64,000 bases of DNA. Origin: an uncultured Trueperaceae bacterium. GTDB taxonomy: Bacteria > Deinococcota > Deinococci > Deinococcales > Trueperaceae. This document shows positions 10,584 to 20,362 of the stretch, piece by piece; position 1 is the stretch's first letter; the number at the start of each line of letters is the position of its first letter. The DNA is taken from positions 384,001 to 448,000 of the forward strand of contig CAWCXJ010000013.1 of assembly GCA_963799485.1 (NCBI GenBank), in the 5' to 3' direction. The translations under genes and the position numbers were made by a program. The notes beneath the pieces are model-generated. The model saw only the letters and a list, made by a program, of their open reading frames with translations, was not told where the DNA came from and ran no database searches.

Positions 10584-12035
10584 TTAGAAGAGCACATCGT
10601 GGCGCTTGGCCCAGACGACGAGTTCGGCGCGCGAGTGAACGCCGAGCTTTTTGTAGAGGCTCGAGACGTAGTTTCGCACCGTGTTGCCCGCGACGCCGAG
10701 GTTTTGAGCGATCTGCGCACTCGGCTCGCCCTGACAGATGAGCTCCAGCACCTGCCGTTCGCGCACGGTAAGCCGCGCGAGTTTAGCAGACGTTTCGGCT
10801 GAAGGGTGTTTGCCTCTTACGCTGAGCAATTTCTGGGCCAGCGTCTTGCCTAACCAGTCGGAGTCTTTGAGCACCAGATTAACGGCTTCGACAAGTTCGG
10901 CTTCAGTGCGTTTCCACTCGCTCACGTCGTGAAACATCCACAAGATGCAGCCTTGTTCGTTGATCTGCAGCGTTTCCGCCGAGACCAGCACCTCGCACGT
11001 GTCCCCGGTTTTGGTGTGGAGTTTAAGCTCGAGGTCGCGGTAGCCGCGCCGGGTACGGAGCAAATTGGCGACGACCCGTTCCCCTTCGCTTTTCCAGAGT
11101 CCGAGTTCGGCGGTCGTGCGCCCCGCCGCTTCGTTGGCACTGTAGCCGGTGAGTTGCTTGAAGGCGGCGTTGGTGTTCAAGATGCGCCCGTCGTGCGCGG
11201 CGCTGATAACTCCGGCAACCGGGGCCAGATTAAACGCTTTGGAAAACCGCTCTTCGCTCTGCGCGAGCGCGTCTTCGGCCCGTTTGCGCGCGTCGAGGTC
11301 GATAAATGTCAGGAGCATACACGGCTCGCTAGCGACCTCGAGCGGTTGCCCGCCGACCACCACGAACTTCTTTCCCCCGGTGCTCGTCGTCAGGTACGAC
11401 TCGAGCGCCCGGATGACCTCACCTGTATGAAACTTTTTAAGGGTCGTTTCACGGTCGCTCACCCCGGAAAAAATGTCGAACTCGTAAGCGGTGCGCCCGA
11501 TGATCTCTTCGCGCCGAAACCCGGTCATCTCCAGAAAGCCCCGGTTGACCTTGATAAAACGCAAGTCCGAAAGCCGGTTGATCAGCGCCGGGGCCGGATT
11601 TGCCGCAAACGTCTTCTCGAACCGCGCCTCGGCGTCGAACTGTTCGGTCTCGTCTTCTAAAAAGAGGGCGAAAAAAGCCGGCTCGCCTACCGCGTCCTTG
11701 ACGCTCACACCCCGGCACCGGTGAACCCGCACATCGCCTGCGACCGGCACTTGGACGATCAGATCGGTAAAAGTCTCGCCGTTTAGCAAGAGCTCGAGCG
11801 GATAAGCGTTCGGTGCGAGCGGCGTACCGGTCAAATCGAGGAGCCGAAAGGTGTTTTGGTAGCCTGTAACCGTTTCGCCGAGCGCGGCAAACTCGGAAAC
11901 CCCGTGCAACGTAAGCGCCGCGCGGTTCGCGTAGCGCAGGCTGCCGTCTTGCGCCAGCGTCACAATCCCTGTACTGAGGTCGGCGATAAGGGCCTCGAGC
12001 TGAAAATACTCATCTGCAGGAACGGACTTCACCAT
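10584..12035 (-). CDS. Multi-PAS domain LuxR-type HTH transcriptional regulator
   Basis: Three PAS-like repeats (YANRAA, VNRGFLEMTGF, TNAAFKQLTGY); C-terminal LTVRERQVL...IAQNLGVAGNTVRNYVSSLYKKLGV. Confidence 0.88.
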   Translation of the reverse strand: MVKSVPADEYFQLEALIADLSTGIVTLAQDGSLRYANRAALTLHGVSEFAALGETVTGYQNTFRLLDLTGTPLAPNAYPLELLLNGETFTDLIVQVPVAGDVRVHRCRGVSVKDAVGEPAFFALFLEDETEQFDAEARFEKTFAANPAPALINRLSDLRFIKVNRGFLEMTGFRREEIIGRTAYEFDIFSGVSDRETTLKKFHTGEVIRALESYLTTSTGGKKFVVVGGQPLEVASEPCMLLTFIDLDARKRAEDALAQSEERFSKAFNLAPVAGVISAAHDGRILNTNAAFKQLTGYSANEAAGRTTAELGLWKSEGERVVANLLRTRRGYRDLELKLHTKTGDTCEVLVSAETLQINEQGCILWMFHDVSEWKRTEAELVEAVNLVLKDSDWLGKTLAQKLLSVRGKHPSAETSAKLARLTVRERQVLELICQGEPSAQIAQNLGVAGNTVRNYVSSLYKKLGVHSRAELVVWAKRHDVLF

Positions 12036-12085
12036 CTACCTATCATGGCGGCAACACCCTCGGACGACTGTAGGATCGGCTCTGC

Positions 12086-12130
12086 TAGGTGCCCTGATAT
12101 TAGGTGCCCTGGTATCAAGTGCCTCGGCAG
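12086..12130. repeat. 15-bp imperfect tandem repeat, 3 units
   Basis: TAGGTGCCCTGATAT / TAGGTGCCCTGGTAT / CAAGTGCCTCGGCAG. Confidence 0.6.
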
Positions 12131-12332
12131 AGGTCGCCCCCGGGCATTGTGTTGGTAGGAGCGGCTCAGTCGGGTCTTTGGGAGCTAGCGGAACGTCAGG
12201 GTCGGGGATGCGCGGGTCGCCATGACGAACGATAACCTCTCGGCGCCTCTCGAGCTGACGCGGTGGAGGTTTTTAGCGTACCCTGCGTTCCGGCGCTCAA
12301 AGACACCTTTATGGCGTACCTGCGGGCGATGT

Positions 12333-12830
12333 TTAGTGGCTGCGCGGCAGATACTTCTCCCAAATCTTGTCGATAGTGGGCAAAATCCCGTAGGCCGACG
12401 AAAACATAAAGCGGGGTGCGTAAGGCCGACGTTTGAGGAGCATGGCGGCCTCTTCGGGGGTGCGGTCGCGTTTTTTGGCGTTACAGCGGCGACAGCACGC
12501 GACGACGTTTTCCCAGGTCGTGCCCCCACCCCGGCTCCGGGGCAGCACGTGGTCCAAAGTCAGGTCGCTCGTTTTGCTGAGGCAGTACTGACAGGTGTGG
12601 TCGTCGCGGCGAAAGACGTTTTTGCGGTTAAAGGCGACGCGGTGACGCGGCGGGCGCTTGACGAACTTTTTAAGGCGGATGACGCTCGGCACAGGAAAGA
12701 TCTGACTCGGCGAACGGAGCACCTTGTCCGAATCTTCGACCCGTTCGGCGATGTCGTGCATCAAGAGCGCGACGGCGCGTTTGACCGAGCAGACGTGCAG
12801 CGGTTCGTAAGACGCGTTGAGAATCAGCAC
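12333..12830 (-). CDS. HNH endonuclease (McrA-like)
   Basis: LILNASYEPL, PSVIRL, RDDHTCQYC, TLDHVLPRSRGG, WENVVACCRRCNAKK; true start uncertain. Confidence 0.88.
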   Translation of the reverse strand: MLILNASYEPLHVCSVKRAVALLMHDIAERVEDSDKVLRSPSQIFPVPSVIRLKKFVKRPPRHRVAFNRKNVFRRDDHTCQYCLSKTSDLTLDHVLPRSRGGGTTWENVVACCRRCNAKKRDRTPEEAAMLLKRRPYAPRFMFSSAYGILPTIDKIWEKYLPRSH

Positions 12831-13040
12831 CCGCGTCGCGTTGACGTTGGCAATCTGCGAATCAGTTGGCGATGCGGCTTCGTCGGAGAAGACGCTTTCT
12901 GCTTCGTCGGGGGTCAGGTAGTGGTCGGCGGCGACGCCTCCTTAGGGGTATAGCCTGAAGTATAACCTGTTTTGCGGCGGCTCAGGGTTACAGTTTGATG
13001 AAACGACCTTATGAGACGCCGATGGGATGACGACCGGGTA

Positions 13041-14069
13041 TCAGCGCGGCTCGCGCGCCAGTTCAACCAACCGTGCGACGAGTTCGGCGTAAGGAACACC
13101 CGACGCCTCCCAGAGTTTGGGATACATGCTCGTCGCCGTAAAACCGGGCATGGTGTTGATTTCGTTGAGGTAGAGCGCGCCTTCATGCAAAAAAAAGTCC
13201 ACGCGGGCGAGTCCGGCGGCGTCTACGGCCCGAAACGCCGCTAATGCCAATTCCCGGCAGCGTTTGGCAGTCTCCGGGGGCAGCTCTGCCGGAATCTGGA
13301 GTACCGCTTCGCCCGCGGTGTATTTGCGCTCATAGTCGTAAAATGCCCCCGTAAAACGAATCTCACCGACGACGCTGGCTTCGGGTGCGTCGTTGCCGAG
13401 CACACCGACCTCGAGTTCCCGTGCGCCCGTCAGCCCCTGCTCGACGATGAGGCGGCGGTCATAGCGGGCCGCCTCGTCTAGGGCAAGCCGGAGTGTCTGA
13501 ACGTCGTCGGCGCGGCTGATACCGACCGACGACCCTAGATTGGCGGGTTTGACGAAGACCGGCAAGGCGAGCGCGCTCAGCTCGTCTAAAACCCTTTCAG
13601 GTTGCCCTTGCCACGCCCGCCGCGTCACCACCCGGTACGGCACATTCGGCAGCCCGTGCGCGGCGAACACCGCTTTCATCATCCCCTTGTCCATCCCGAC
13701 GGCGCTGCCCAAAACGTCCGAACCGACAAACGGCAGCCCCATGATTTTAAGAAGCCCCTGCACGCTGCCGTCCTCCCCGAAAGGGCCGTGCAAAAGAGGC
13801 AAAACCACATCGAAGGCGGCGGGCTCGAGCCGTGCCAGACCACCTGCTTGTGCGTTTGTTTTACTCTCAACTATCTTACTCTCAGCGCCGTTTTCCAAAA
13901 CCTTGATTGACCCATCTGGCGATAAAAGCCGCCCGTCCCTGGCGATCACCAGAGGGGTCAGCTCGAGCTGCGCCCCTGCCGCCGCCAACACCGAACGCGC
14001 CGACGCGAGCGAAACCTCGTGTTCGTCCGAACGACCGCCGCAGAGAAGGAGGACACGGGGGCGAGTCAT
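13041..14069 (-). CDS. ddl: D-alanine--D-alanine ligase
   Basis: GGRSDEHEVS, LHGPFGEDG, VKPANLGSSVG, NEINTMPGFT. Confidence 0.95.
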   Translation of the reverse strand: MTRPRVLLLCGGRSDEHEVSLASARSVLAAAGAQLELTPLVIARDGRLLSPDGSIKVLENGAESKIVESKTNAQAGGLARLEPAAFDVVLPLLHGPFGEDGSVQGLLKIMGLPFVGSDVLGSAVGMDKGMMKAVFAAHGLPNVPYRVVTRRAWQGQPERVLDELSALALPVFVKPANLGSSVGISRADDVQTLRLALDEAARYDRRLIVEQGLTGARELEVGVLGNDAPEASVVGEIRFTGAFYDYERKYTAGEAVLQIPAELPPETAKRCRELALAAFRAVDAAGLARVDFFLHEGALYLNEINTMPGFTATSMYPKLWEASGVPYAELVARLVELAREPR

Positions 14070-14320
14070 CTGTATACCACTGTAATGTGTAACTTACACA
14101 TAGTTTAGCCTACGCGTTTTACGGCGGTTTTGGCAAGGGTTGAGAATCCGGAAAAATTGATAGTGGGCTTAACGTAGGGTACCTGACAAATGTACCTTAC
14201 GGGCTATGCTTTACTCATCTAACTTCGGGTTTCAGGCCTGACACATAGGCCGAGTGGCGACATCAACAGGCGAATCAAGCCGCCATCTCTAGAAGTCGTG
14301 TACCGCTTTAGGAGGCAGTT

Positions 14321-15244
14321 ATGCGTAAGGTTTTACGGAGTTCACTTGTAGCAGGTTTACTTTTAGCAGCGGCGTCTTTCGGGGCAGCCCAGGAAGGTCC
14401 GCTAACCATCGGCTCGAAAGTTGATACCGAAGGCACGGTTTTGGCGCAGATTATGCGGCTGATGCTCGAGCAAAACGGTTTTACGGTCAACGACCGCAGC
14501 GGGTTCGGTACGACTTCGGTGGTGCGCGAAGCGCTCCTCGCCGGCGAAATCGACATGTACCCGGAATATACCGGCTCGGCCCTGACCTTTTACCCGAACG
14601 CCGACGTACCCGAAGGCGTTTCGACGCAGCCCGAGGAACTCTACAACACCGTAAAAGAACTCGACGCCGAAGCGGGCGTGACCGACCTGGGCCGCTCACC
14701 GGCAAACAACACCTGGGCAATTGCCGTACCGCAAACCCTGGCTGAAGACAACGGCCTTACGACGATGGCCGACCTTGCCGAATACATCAACAACGGCGGC
14801 GCGTTCAAGCTGGCCGCTTCGCAGGAATTCGTCGACCGCCCCGACGCGCTCCCGGCATTCGAGGAAACTTACGGTTTCGACGTGACCAACGACCAGCTCG
14901 TCATTCTCGCGGGTGGCAACACCACGCAGACCGAAACGGCGGCAGCGAACGGTACCGACGGCGTCAACGCGGCGATGGCCTACGGTACCGACGGCACCAT
15001 TTCGGCGCTCGGCCTCGTTACCCTCACCGACCCTGAAAACGCAGTCGCCATCTATCAGCCCTTTCCGGCAGTGCGGACAGAAGTCGCCGAGCAGTACCCG
15101 CAACTCGCCGAGATTCTAGACCCGGTGTTTGCCGCACTCGACGAGGGCGTGTTGCAAGACCTCAACGGTCAGGTTGCCGTCGACGGCGCAAATCCTGCCG
15201 ACGTCGCGCAGACATTTTTAAGCGAAAACGGGTTTCTCAACTAA
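14321..15244 (+). CDS. osmF: Glycine betaine/osmoprotectant ABC substrate-binding protein
   Basis: Signal peptide; GSKVDTEG, YPEYTG, ANNTWAIAV, AYGTDG. Confidence 0.88.
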   Translation: MRKVLRSSLVAGLLLAAASFGAAQEGPLTIGSKVDTEGTVLAQIMRLMLEQNGFTVNDRSGFGTTSVVREALLAGEIDMYPEYTGSALTFYPNADVPEGVSTQPEELYNTVKELDAEAGVTDLGRSPANNTWAIAVPQTLAEDNGLTTMADLAEYINNGGAFKLAASQEFVDRPDALPAFEETYGFDVTNDQLVILAGGNTTQTETAAANGTDGVNAAMAYGTDGTISALGLVTLTDPENAVAIYQPFPAVRTEVAEQYPQLAEILDPVFAALDEGVLQDLNGQVAVDGANPADVAQTFLSENGFLN

Positions 15245-15265
15245 GCCAACCAAGCACTAGAGAAC

Positions 15266-15297
15266 AGCGGGGTCGGTGAGTGAGCGGCCCCGCTTTT
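15266..15297 (+). terminator. Intrinsic terminator-like hairpin
   Basis: AGCGGGG...CCCCGCT stem followed by a T run, just after the SBP stop. Confidence 0.6.
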
Positions 15298-15388
15298 GCA
15301 CTAAGCTAGTACACCAGTCTAATTTGATGCTGGACTCTCAGTTTCGTTACAACACCGACTTTTGCACTAAGCTAGTACACCGATCTAA
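15293..15388. repeat. Two ~30-bp direct repeats separated by 36 bp
   Basis: CTTTTGCACTAAGCTAGTACACC exact at 15293 and 15359, extending as AGTCTAA / GATCTAA. Confidence 0.8.
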
Positions 15389-15429
15389 CCGCAACGTGGG
15401 CAAAACGCTGGAAAACACGGGGAGACGAG

Positions 15430-16857
15430 ATGCTCGGGTCACCTGCTTATCGGGACAAGGTCAACCGTATTACAGTGCTGGCGGCGCTTTTGGGGGTCTT
15501 TGCCCTCTTGCCGGCGGTAGGGCCGAGCTGGTTACTCCTCAAGGCCAACCGTCTGGTCGCCGGGGACGTGTACGGTGCGTTCGCCTCGTCCCCCTACGCG
15601 TTTGCGCTTTCGGGTGCGTGGGCGCTGCTGCTGCTTGTCAGCTTCGTCCGGTTTCCGGGTCGTGCCTGGGTTTTGGCTCTGTTATGTGCAGCGGCGCTTA
15701 CGCTCGGGTTGCTGCTTGTGGGGGGGGGCTCGAGCACGCTCCTGAGTGACGCGTCCGACCCCGAACGCGCGCGTATTTCACTTCAGGGCGGCGTCTGGTT
15801 GACGCTGCTGGCGTACTACATCGGTATCTTCGGGTCGCTCGGAGACGCGCCGCAAACGAGCCGGACGCACCTTTTGATGGTCTTGCCGGGGCCGCTCATC
15901 GCCGCAGGGCTTGTTTTTACGGGAACCTTCGGGAGTGTCGGCCTGAGCCAAGAACTCGCCTCGCAAGGTGGCGATTTTACGGCTGAAGTCCTCCGGCACT
16001 TGGCGCTTGCCGGAACCTCGGTGCTGCTCGCGTGCGCCATCGGGATTCCGGCGGCAATTTGGGCGGCGCGGCGGGCAGAGGCGGCGCGGCTCGTGTTGCC
16101 GACCGCCAGCTTTTTGCAGACGATCCCCTCGCTGGCGCTCTTCGGCATCATGCTCTTGCCGCTTGCACGGCTCGGCAGCAACGTTACGGTCGGACAAGCC
16201 TTACTCTTTTGCCTCATTGGCGGGCTTTTAGCTGCGGGCGTCGGTTTTTTGGCACGCCGCGCTGCGGGCTGGCTTCAGGGCGTCCTGACGGTTATGACGC
16301 TGCTCGTCGCGCTGCTGCCGGTGCTGCTCCTGACGGTGATGATTGCGGTCGTCCTCAACGACCTGTTCGTTGCGGTGTTCAGTCTCAATTTTTCGCGGCT
16401 CAACTTCCCCAACAGCCTGGCTGCGCCGCTCTCGAGCCTCGGCGTCCGGGGTATCGGCACCGCGCCCGCGCTGATTGCCCTGACGCTCTACGCGTTTTTG
16501 CCGATTGTCCGCAACACCTACACCGGCATCAAAGAGGTGCCGCGCGCCGCGACCGAAGCGGGCCGCGGGATGGGGATGAGTCCGGGACAGATTTTACGGC
16601 GCGTCGAACTGCCGCTCGCGCTGCCGCTCATTATGGAAGGGGTGCGGGCTTCGGCGGTCTTGACGATCGGCATTGCGACGGTAGCCTTTTTGATCGGTGC
16701 CGGCGGCCTCGGCACCTTTATCGAACGCGGGATTTCGCAGCAGGTTCCCGACCTCATCTTGCTGGGGGCGCTGCCGATTATCGCTCTGGCGCTGCTTGCC
16801 GACGCCCTGTTGCGCGGGCTCGGGCAGCTTGTGACACCTCGCGGGATACGTTCATGA
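15430..16857 (+). CDS. yehY: Osmoprotectant ABC permease (YehY-like)
   Basis: QTIPSLALFG, GIGTAPALIAL, EAGRGMGM, GAGGLG; many TM helices. Confidence 0.85.
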   Translation: MLGSPAYRDKVNRITVLAALLGVFALLPAVGPSWLLLKANRLVAGDVYGAFASSPYAFALSGAWALLLLVSFVRFPGRAWVLALLCAAALTLGLLLVGGGSSTLLSDASDPERARISLQGGVWLTLLAYYIGIFGSLGDAPQTSRTHLLMVLPGPLIAAGLVFTGTFGSVGLSQELASQGGDFTAEVLRHLALAGTSVLLACAIGIPAAIWAARRAEAARLVLPTASFLQTIPSLALFGIMLLPLARLGSNVTVGQALLFCLIGGLLAAGVGFLARRAAGWLQGVLTVMTLLVALLPVLLLTVMIAVVLNDLFVAVFSLNFSRLNFPNSLAAPLSSLGVRGIGTAPALIALTLYAFLPIVRNTYTGIKEVPRAATEAGRGMGMSPGQILRRVELPLALPLIMEGVRASAVLTIGIATVAFLIGAGGLGTFIERGISQQVPDLILLGALPIIALALLADALLRGLGQLVTPRGIRS

Positions 16858-16870
16858 CAGGAGAACGCGG

Positions 16871-17974
16871 ATGATTAAGCTCGAGGGCATCACCAAGCGC
16901 TACGGCGAGCAGGTCGCCGTAAAAGACGTCAACCTGACCTTCGGCGACGGCGAGCTGACGGTCTTGATCGGGCCGTCGGGCTGCGGCAAAACCACGACGC
17001 TAAAGATGATCAACCGGCTGATTGAACCCTCTTCCGGGCGCATCCTGATCGGCGACAAAGACGTCACCAAATCCGACCCGGAAAGGTTGCGGCGCGGGAT
17101 CGGCTACGTGATTCAGAGTATCGGTTTGTTTCCGCACATGAGCGTGCAGGAAAATATCGAAGTCGTCCCGAAATTGCTCGGTTGGGACAAGAAACGCAGT
17201 GCTGAGCGGGCGCATGAGCTGCTAGAGGTGATCGGCCTTGACCCGGCCCGCTACGCCTCGGCGTACCCGAAAGAGCTCTCCGGCGGTCAGGCGCAGCGTG
17301 TCGGGGTAGCGCGGGCGCTCGCGGTTGACCCACCCGTGTTGCTGATGGATGAGCCCTTCGGCGCGGTTGACCCCTTGACCCGTGAACGGTTGCAAGAGGA
17401 GTTTTTACGGCTTCAGGCTGAGCTGAAGAAAACGGTGGTGATGGTCACACACGACATCGACGAGGCGATTAAGCTCGGCGACCGTATCTGCGTGATGAAT
17501 ATCGGCGTGGTCGAGCAGTTCGGCACGCCCGAGGAGATTTTACAGGAACCTGCAAGCCGCTTTGTGCGGCAGTTCGTCGGGGCCGACCGCGCCTTGAAGC
17601 GCCTCAGCCGGGTGCGGGTGCGTGAGCTGATGAAGCCGGTCGTGTCGCTCGAGCTGAGCGCGTCCCCTAAAGAGGCCGAGGTCGCCCTGGCGCAACACGA
17701 GACGGTCTACATCACCCGTTCGGGCAAACTCGTCGGCTGGCTCGACCGCCGCGCCTTCGCCTTTGACACGAACATCGAACGCGCCTACACCGAAGTCGCC
17801 GGGAGTTACGCCGTCGGGGAAAACGACGACGTGCGCGGTGCGCTCGCCAAACAGCTCGGGCAGGGCGTCACCGAGCTACCGGTCGTAACGCAAAAAGGTG
17901 AACTCGTCGGGATTTTGGATTTGTCGGCGATCCTCGAGGTTACGAAAACGCGGCGAAACGCGGCGGCGGCGTGA
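16871..17974 (+). CDS. yehX: Osmoprotectant ABC ATP-binding protein with CBS-like tail
   Basis: GPSGCGKTT, LSGGQAQR, LMDEPFGAVD, VTHD. Confidence 0.9.
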   Translation: MIKLEGITKRYGEQVAVKDVNLTFGDGELTVLIGPSGCGKTTTLKMINRLIEPSSGRILIGDKDVTKSDPERLRRGIGYVIQSIGLFPHMSVQENIEVVPKLLGWDKKRSAERAHELLEVIGLDPARYASAYPKELSGGQAQRVGVARALAVDPPVLLMDEPFGAVDPLTRERLQEEFLRLQAELKKTVVMVTHDIDEAIKLGDRICVMNIGVVEQFGTPEEILQEPASRFVRQFVGADRALKRLSRVRVRELMKPVVSLELSASPKEAEVALAQHETVYITRSGKLVGWLDRRAFAFDTNIERAYTEVAGSYAVGENDDVRGALAKQLGQGVTELPVVTQKGELVGILDLSAILEVTKTRRNAAAA

Positions 17975-18765
17975 GTACGGCGGCAGCTGCCACCGGTCGG
18001 CACGTCACGGGCAGAACGGCGAGAAATCGGGCGCTTTTACAACTTGCGCTGGCCTTCAGCGTTTTTGCGCTGCTCTTTTTGCTCTTCGCCCAGCAAGCGT
18101 GGTGGGGCGCGGCGCTGCAGTTTATCTTTCCGGAAAACCGCGCCGTCTTGTTCGGGCGGGCGACGCTGCTGGAGCTTTCCTTGCAACACCTGAGGCTCGT
18201 CGGGATTTCGCTCGGTATCGTGCTGCTCATCAGCTTGCCGCTGAGCGTGTGGCTGACGCGGCCTCAGGGTCGGGCGTTTTTGCCGCTGGTGTCGTCACTG
18301 CTCTCGGTCGGGCAGACGTTTCCGCCGATTGCAATTCTGGCGCTCGCGTTGCCGTCGTTCGGTTTCGGCCTCCGCCCGACGCTGATTGCGCTCGTGACCT
18401 ACGGGTTGTTGCCGGTGACGAGAAACGCGGTCGCAGGCCTCGAGGCCGTTCCTGCGACCCTCAAAGAAGCTGCGACGGGGATGGGGATGGGGCCGTGGGA
18501 GCGGGTCTTTAAGCTCGAGCTGCCCTTAGCAACCCGGGTGATTTTAGCGGGCGTTCGTACCAGTACGGTCTATACGATTGGGACGGCGACGGTCGCGCCG
18601 ATTATCGGGGCGGGCGGCCTCGGGGTGCCGATTATCGCCGGTCTGACGACGGGTAATCTGGCGTATGTGCTCGAGGGAGCCGTGCCGGTTGCGCTCCTGG
18701 CGCTCACGGCGGATTTCGCGCTGGGGAGGCTCGAGGTCGCGCTGACACCGGCGGGGTTGCGCTAG
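17971..18765 (+). CDS. yehW: Osmoprotectant ABC permease (YehW-like)
   Basis: GQTFPPIAILAL, EAATGMGM, GAGGLG. Confidence 0.85.
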   Translation: MSTAAAATGRHVTGRTARNRALLQLALAFSVFALLFLLFAQQAWWGAALQFIFPENRAVLFGRATLLELSLQHLRLVGISLGIVLLISLPLSVWLTRPQGRAFLPLVSSLLSVGQTFPPIAILALALPSFGFGLRPTLIALVTYGLLPVTRNAVAGLEAVPATLKEAATGMGMGPWERVFKLELPLATRVILAGVRTSTVYTIGTATVAPIIGAGGLGVPIIAGLTTGNLAYVLEGAVPVALLALTADFALGRLEVALTPAGLR

Positions 18766-18844
18766 GTTTTGTGGCCGGTAGGTGTTTCGGAGCAGGTTCA
18801 TCTCTTTTTTTCTCCAAAATTGGGTGTTGATTCGAGCTGGGCAT

Positions 18845-19030
18845 TTTGAGGATGCGTTGCCGCAGGTCTGGTGAACAGCTGCCCATACCTCAGCTTGTGC
18901 TGTGGTCGTGAAAACTGGAAGTGCTACTGTTTTTGCCACCTTTGCGACCTGGTGATTTGCTCTGCCCCGAACGCTACAGCAGGATTTCGGCGTGAAGCCG
19001 GCGACCGGCAACGGCTTTTGACGTGCGCGT
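18845..19030 (-). pseudogene. Possible IS630-like N-terminal remnants
   Basis: SPDLRQRIL and VARRLHA-like fragments with stops and frameshifts. Confidence 0.35.
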
Positions 19031-19112
19031 GCAGCCGTGCGGCGTCTTTTTGTCAGCCACAAGCCGAGCTCGTAGTAGCCCGCCTCTCGGCGTCTATGCT
19101 AGCGTTACAGCT

Positions 19113-20030
19113 ATGAAAACCTTAGGACTTGACCTTGGCGGCACGAAGATTTTGGCCGCCGTGGTCGAAAACGGTCAGATTCTCGCGCGGCAGCAGTTGC
19201 CCACCCCGCGCACGGGTTACCCCGCTGTGCTGGGCGCGCTCGCTGAGGTGGCGGGAACACTCTTAAAAACGCATCCTGAAATTACCCGCATCGGTCTAGG
19301 GTCGCCTGGGCCACTCGATATGCGTGCTGGGAAGGTTGTCTTTGCGCCTAATATTCCGGGTATGGAGGACGTCCCTATCGCACGCGACCTGAGCGGGCGT
19401 CTGGGTCTCAGCGTCACGCTGGAAAACGACGCCAACGCCGCCGGTTACGCCGAACACCTTTACGGCGCGGCTAAAAGCTTGCAGAGCAGCATCTACATTA
19501 CGATTTCGACGGGTATCGGTGGCGGGCTTTTCGTCGGCGAACGGGTGGTGCGGGGCGCGTATGGCGTCGCCGGAGAGGTCGGGCACATGACCATTTTACC
19601 GGGCGGGCCACTCTGCGGCTGCGGACATTACGGTTGCCTGGAAGCCGTTGCCGCGGGCCGCGCCCTCGCCCGGGACGGGTCTCACGCCTACGGAATGCTC
19701 CTTACAACGAACGCGGTATTCGAGCGGGCGCGGGCCGGGGAGCGGTTAGCGCTGCGAGTCGTCGACCAGGCGGCGCTGTATACCGGGCTGGCGTTTTCCA
19801 ACCTGCTCAAAATCTTCGACCCCGACGCTTTCGTGCTGGGCGGCGGGATGATGCGGACGGGCAGCTTTTATCTGGACAAGGTTCAGGCCGCTGCCGACAC
19901 CTTTACAGAAGGTTTCCCCAATGCGAAACTACTGCTTGCCGAACTCGGTACCGACGCCGGGGTGATCGGGGCGGCGGCGGTTGCCGCGCACGAACTCTCG
20001 GCGGTCGAAGGGCCGTCGGTGCCTTCGTAG
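19113..20030 (+). CDS. ROK-family sugar kinase (glucokinase-like)
   Basis: GLDLGGTK, ENDANAA, STGIGGG, GEVGH, CGCGHYGCLE; start ATG 19113. Confidence 0.9.
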   Translation: MKTLGLDLGGTKILAAVVENGQILARQQLPTPRTGYPAVLGALAEVAGTLLKTHPEITRIGLGSPGPLDMRAGKVVFAPNIPGMEDVPIARDLSGRLGLSVTLENDANAAGYAEHLYGAAKSLQSSIYITISTGIGGGLFVGERVVRGAYGVAGEVGHMTILPGGPLCGCGHYGCLEAVAAGRALARDGSHAYGMLLTTNAVFERARAGERLALRVVDQAALYTGLAFSNLLKIFDPDAFVLGGGMMRTGSFYLDKVQAAADTFTEGFPNAKLLLAELGTDAGVIGAAAVAAHELSAVEGPSVPS

Positions 20031-20033
20031 CGG

Positions 20034-20339
20034 GTGGAGGCAGTAACGGGGGCTGAGCTTGTCACGGGCGTTGCGGCGGGGGGCGTACTCTTCGACGTGC
20101 GGCCCTTACCGAAGCGGGTGTTCGGCCTCGAGCCCCACCCGCTCGAGCTGGACGCGCTGCAACGGGGCGAACTGCCCGATTTGCCCCACGACACGCCCGT
20201 TTATCTAGTCTGCGAACGGGGCCAGGTGTCTGAGCTTGCCGGGTTATACCTCGAGGCGGCAGGGTTTACCCGGGTTTACCACCTGGCAGGCGGCACGAAA
20301 GCGTGGTCAAACGGAGCTGGAGCTGTTCGGCGTGGGTAA
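20034..20339 (+). CDS. Rhodanese-like domain protein
   Basis: FDVRP, VCERGQVS, GFTRVYHLAGG. Confidence 0.8.
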   Translation: MEAVTGAELVTGVAAGGVLFDVRPLPKRVFGLEPHPLELDALQRGELPDLPHDTPVYLVCERGQVSELAGLYLEAAGFTRVYHLAGGTKAWSNGAGAVRRG

Positions 20340-20362
20340 ACAGGCGTTTTTTCGGCGGTCTA

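Noticed and set aside
12333..12830. HNH nuclease as a mobile homing or Cas-like system
   Set aside because: Common small stand-alone HNH family; no RuvC, array or intron context
14205..14320. Riboswitch in the osmF leader
   Set aside because: Only short hairpins; no recognisable aptamer consensus by eye (an Rfam scan would settle it)
15293..15388. Bona fide CRISPR array
   Set aside because: Only two repeats, no cas genes or leader; kept only as a repeat and low-interest finding
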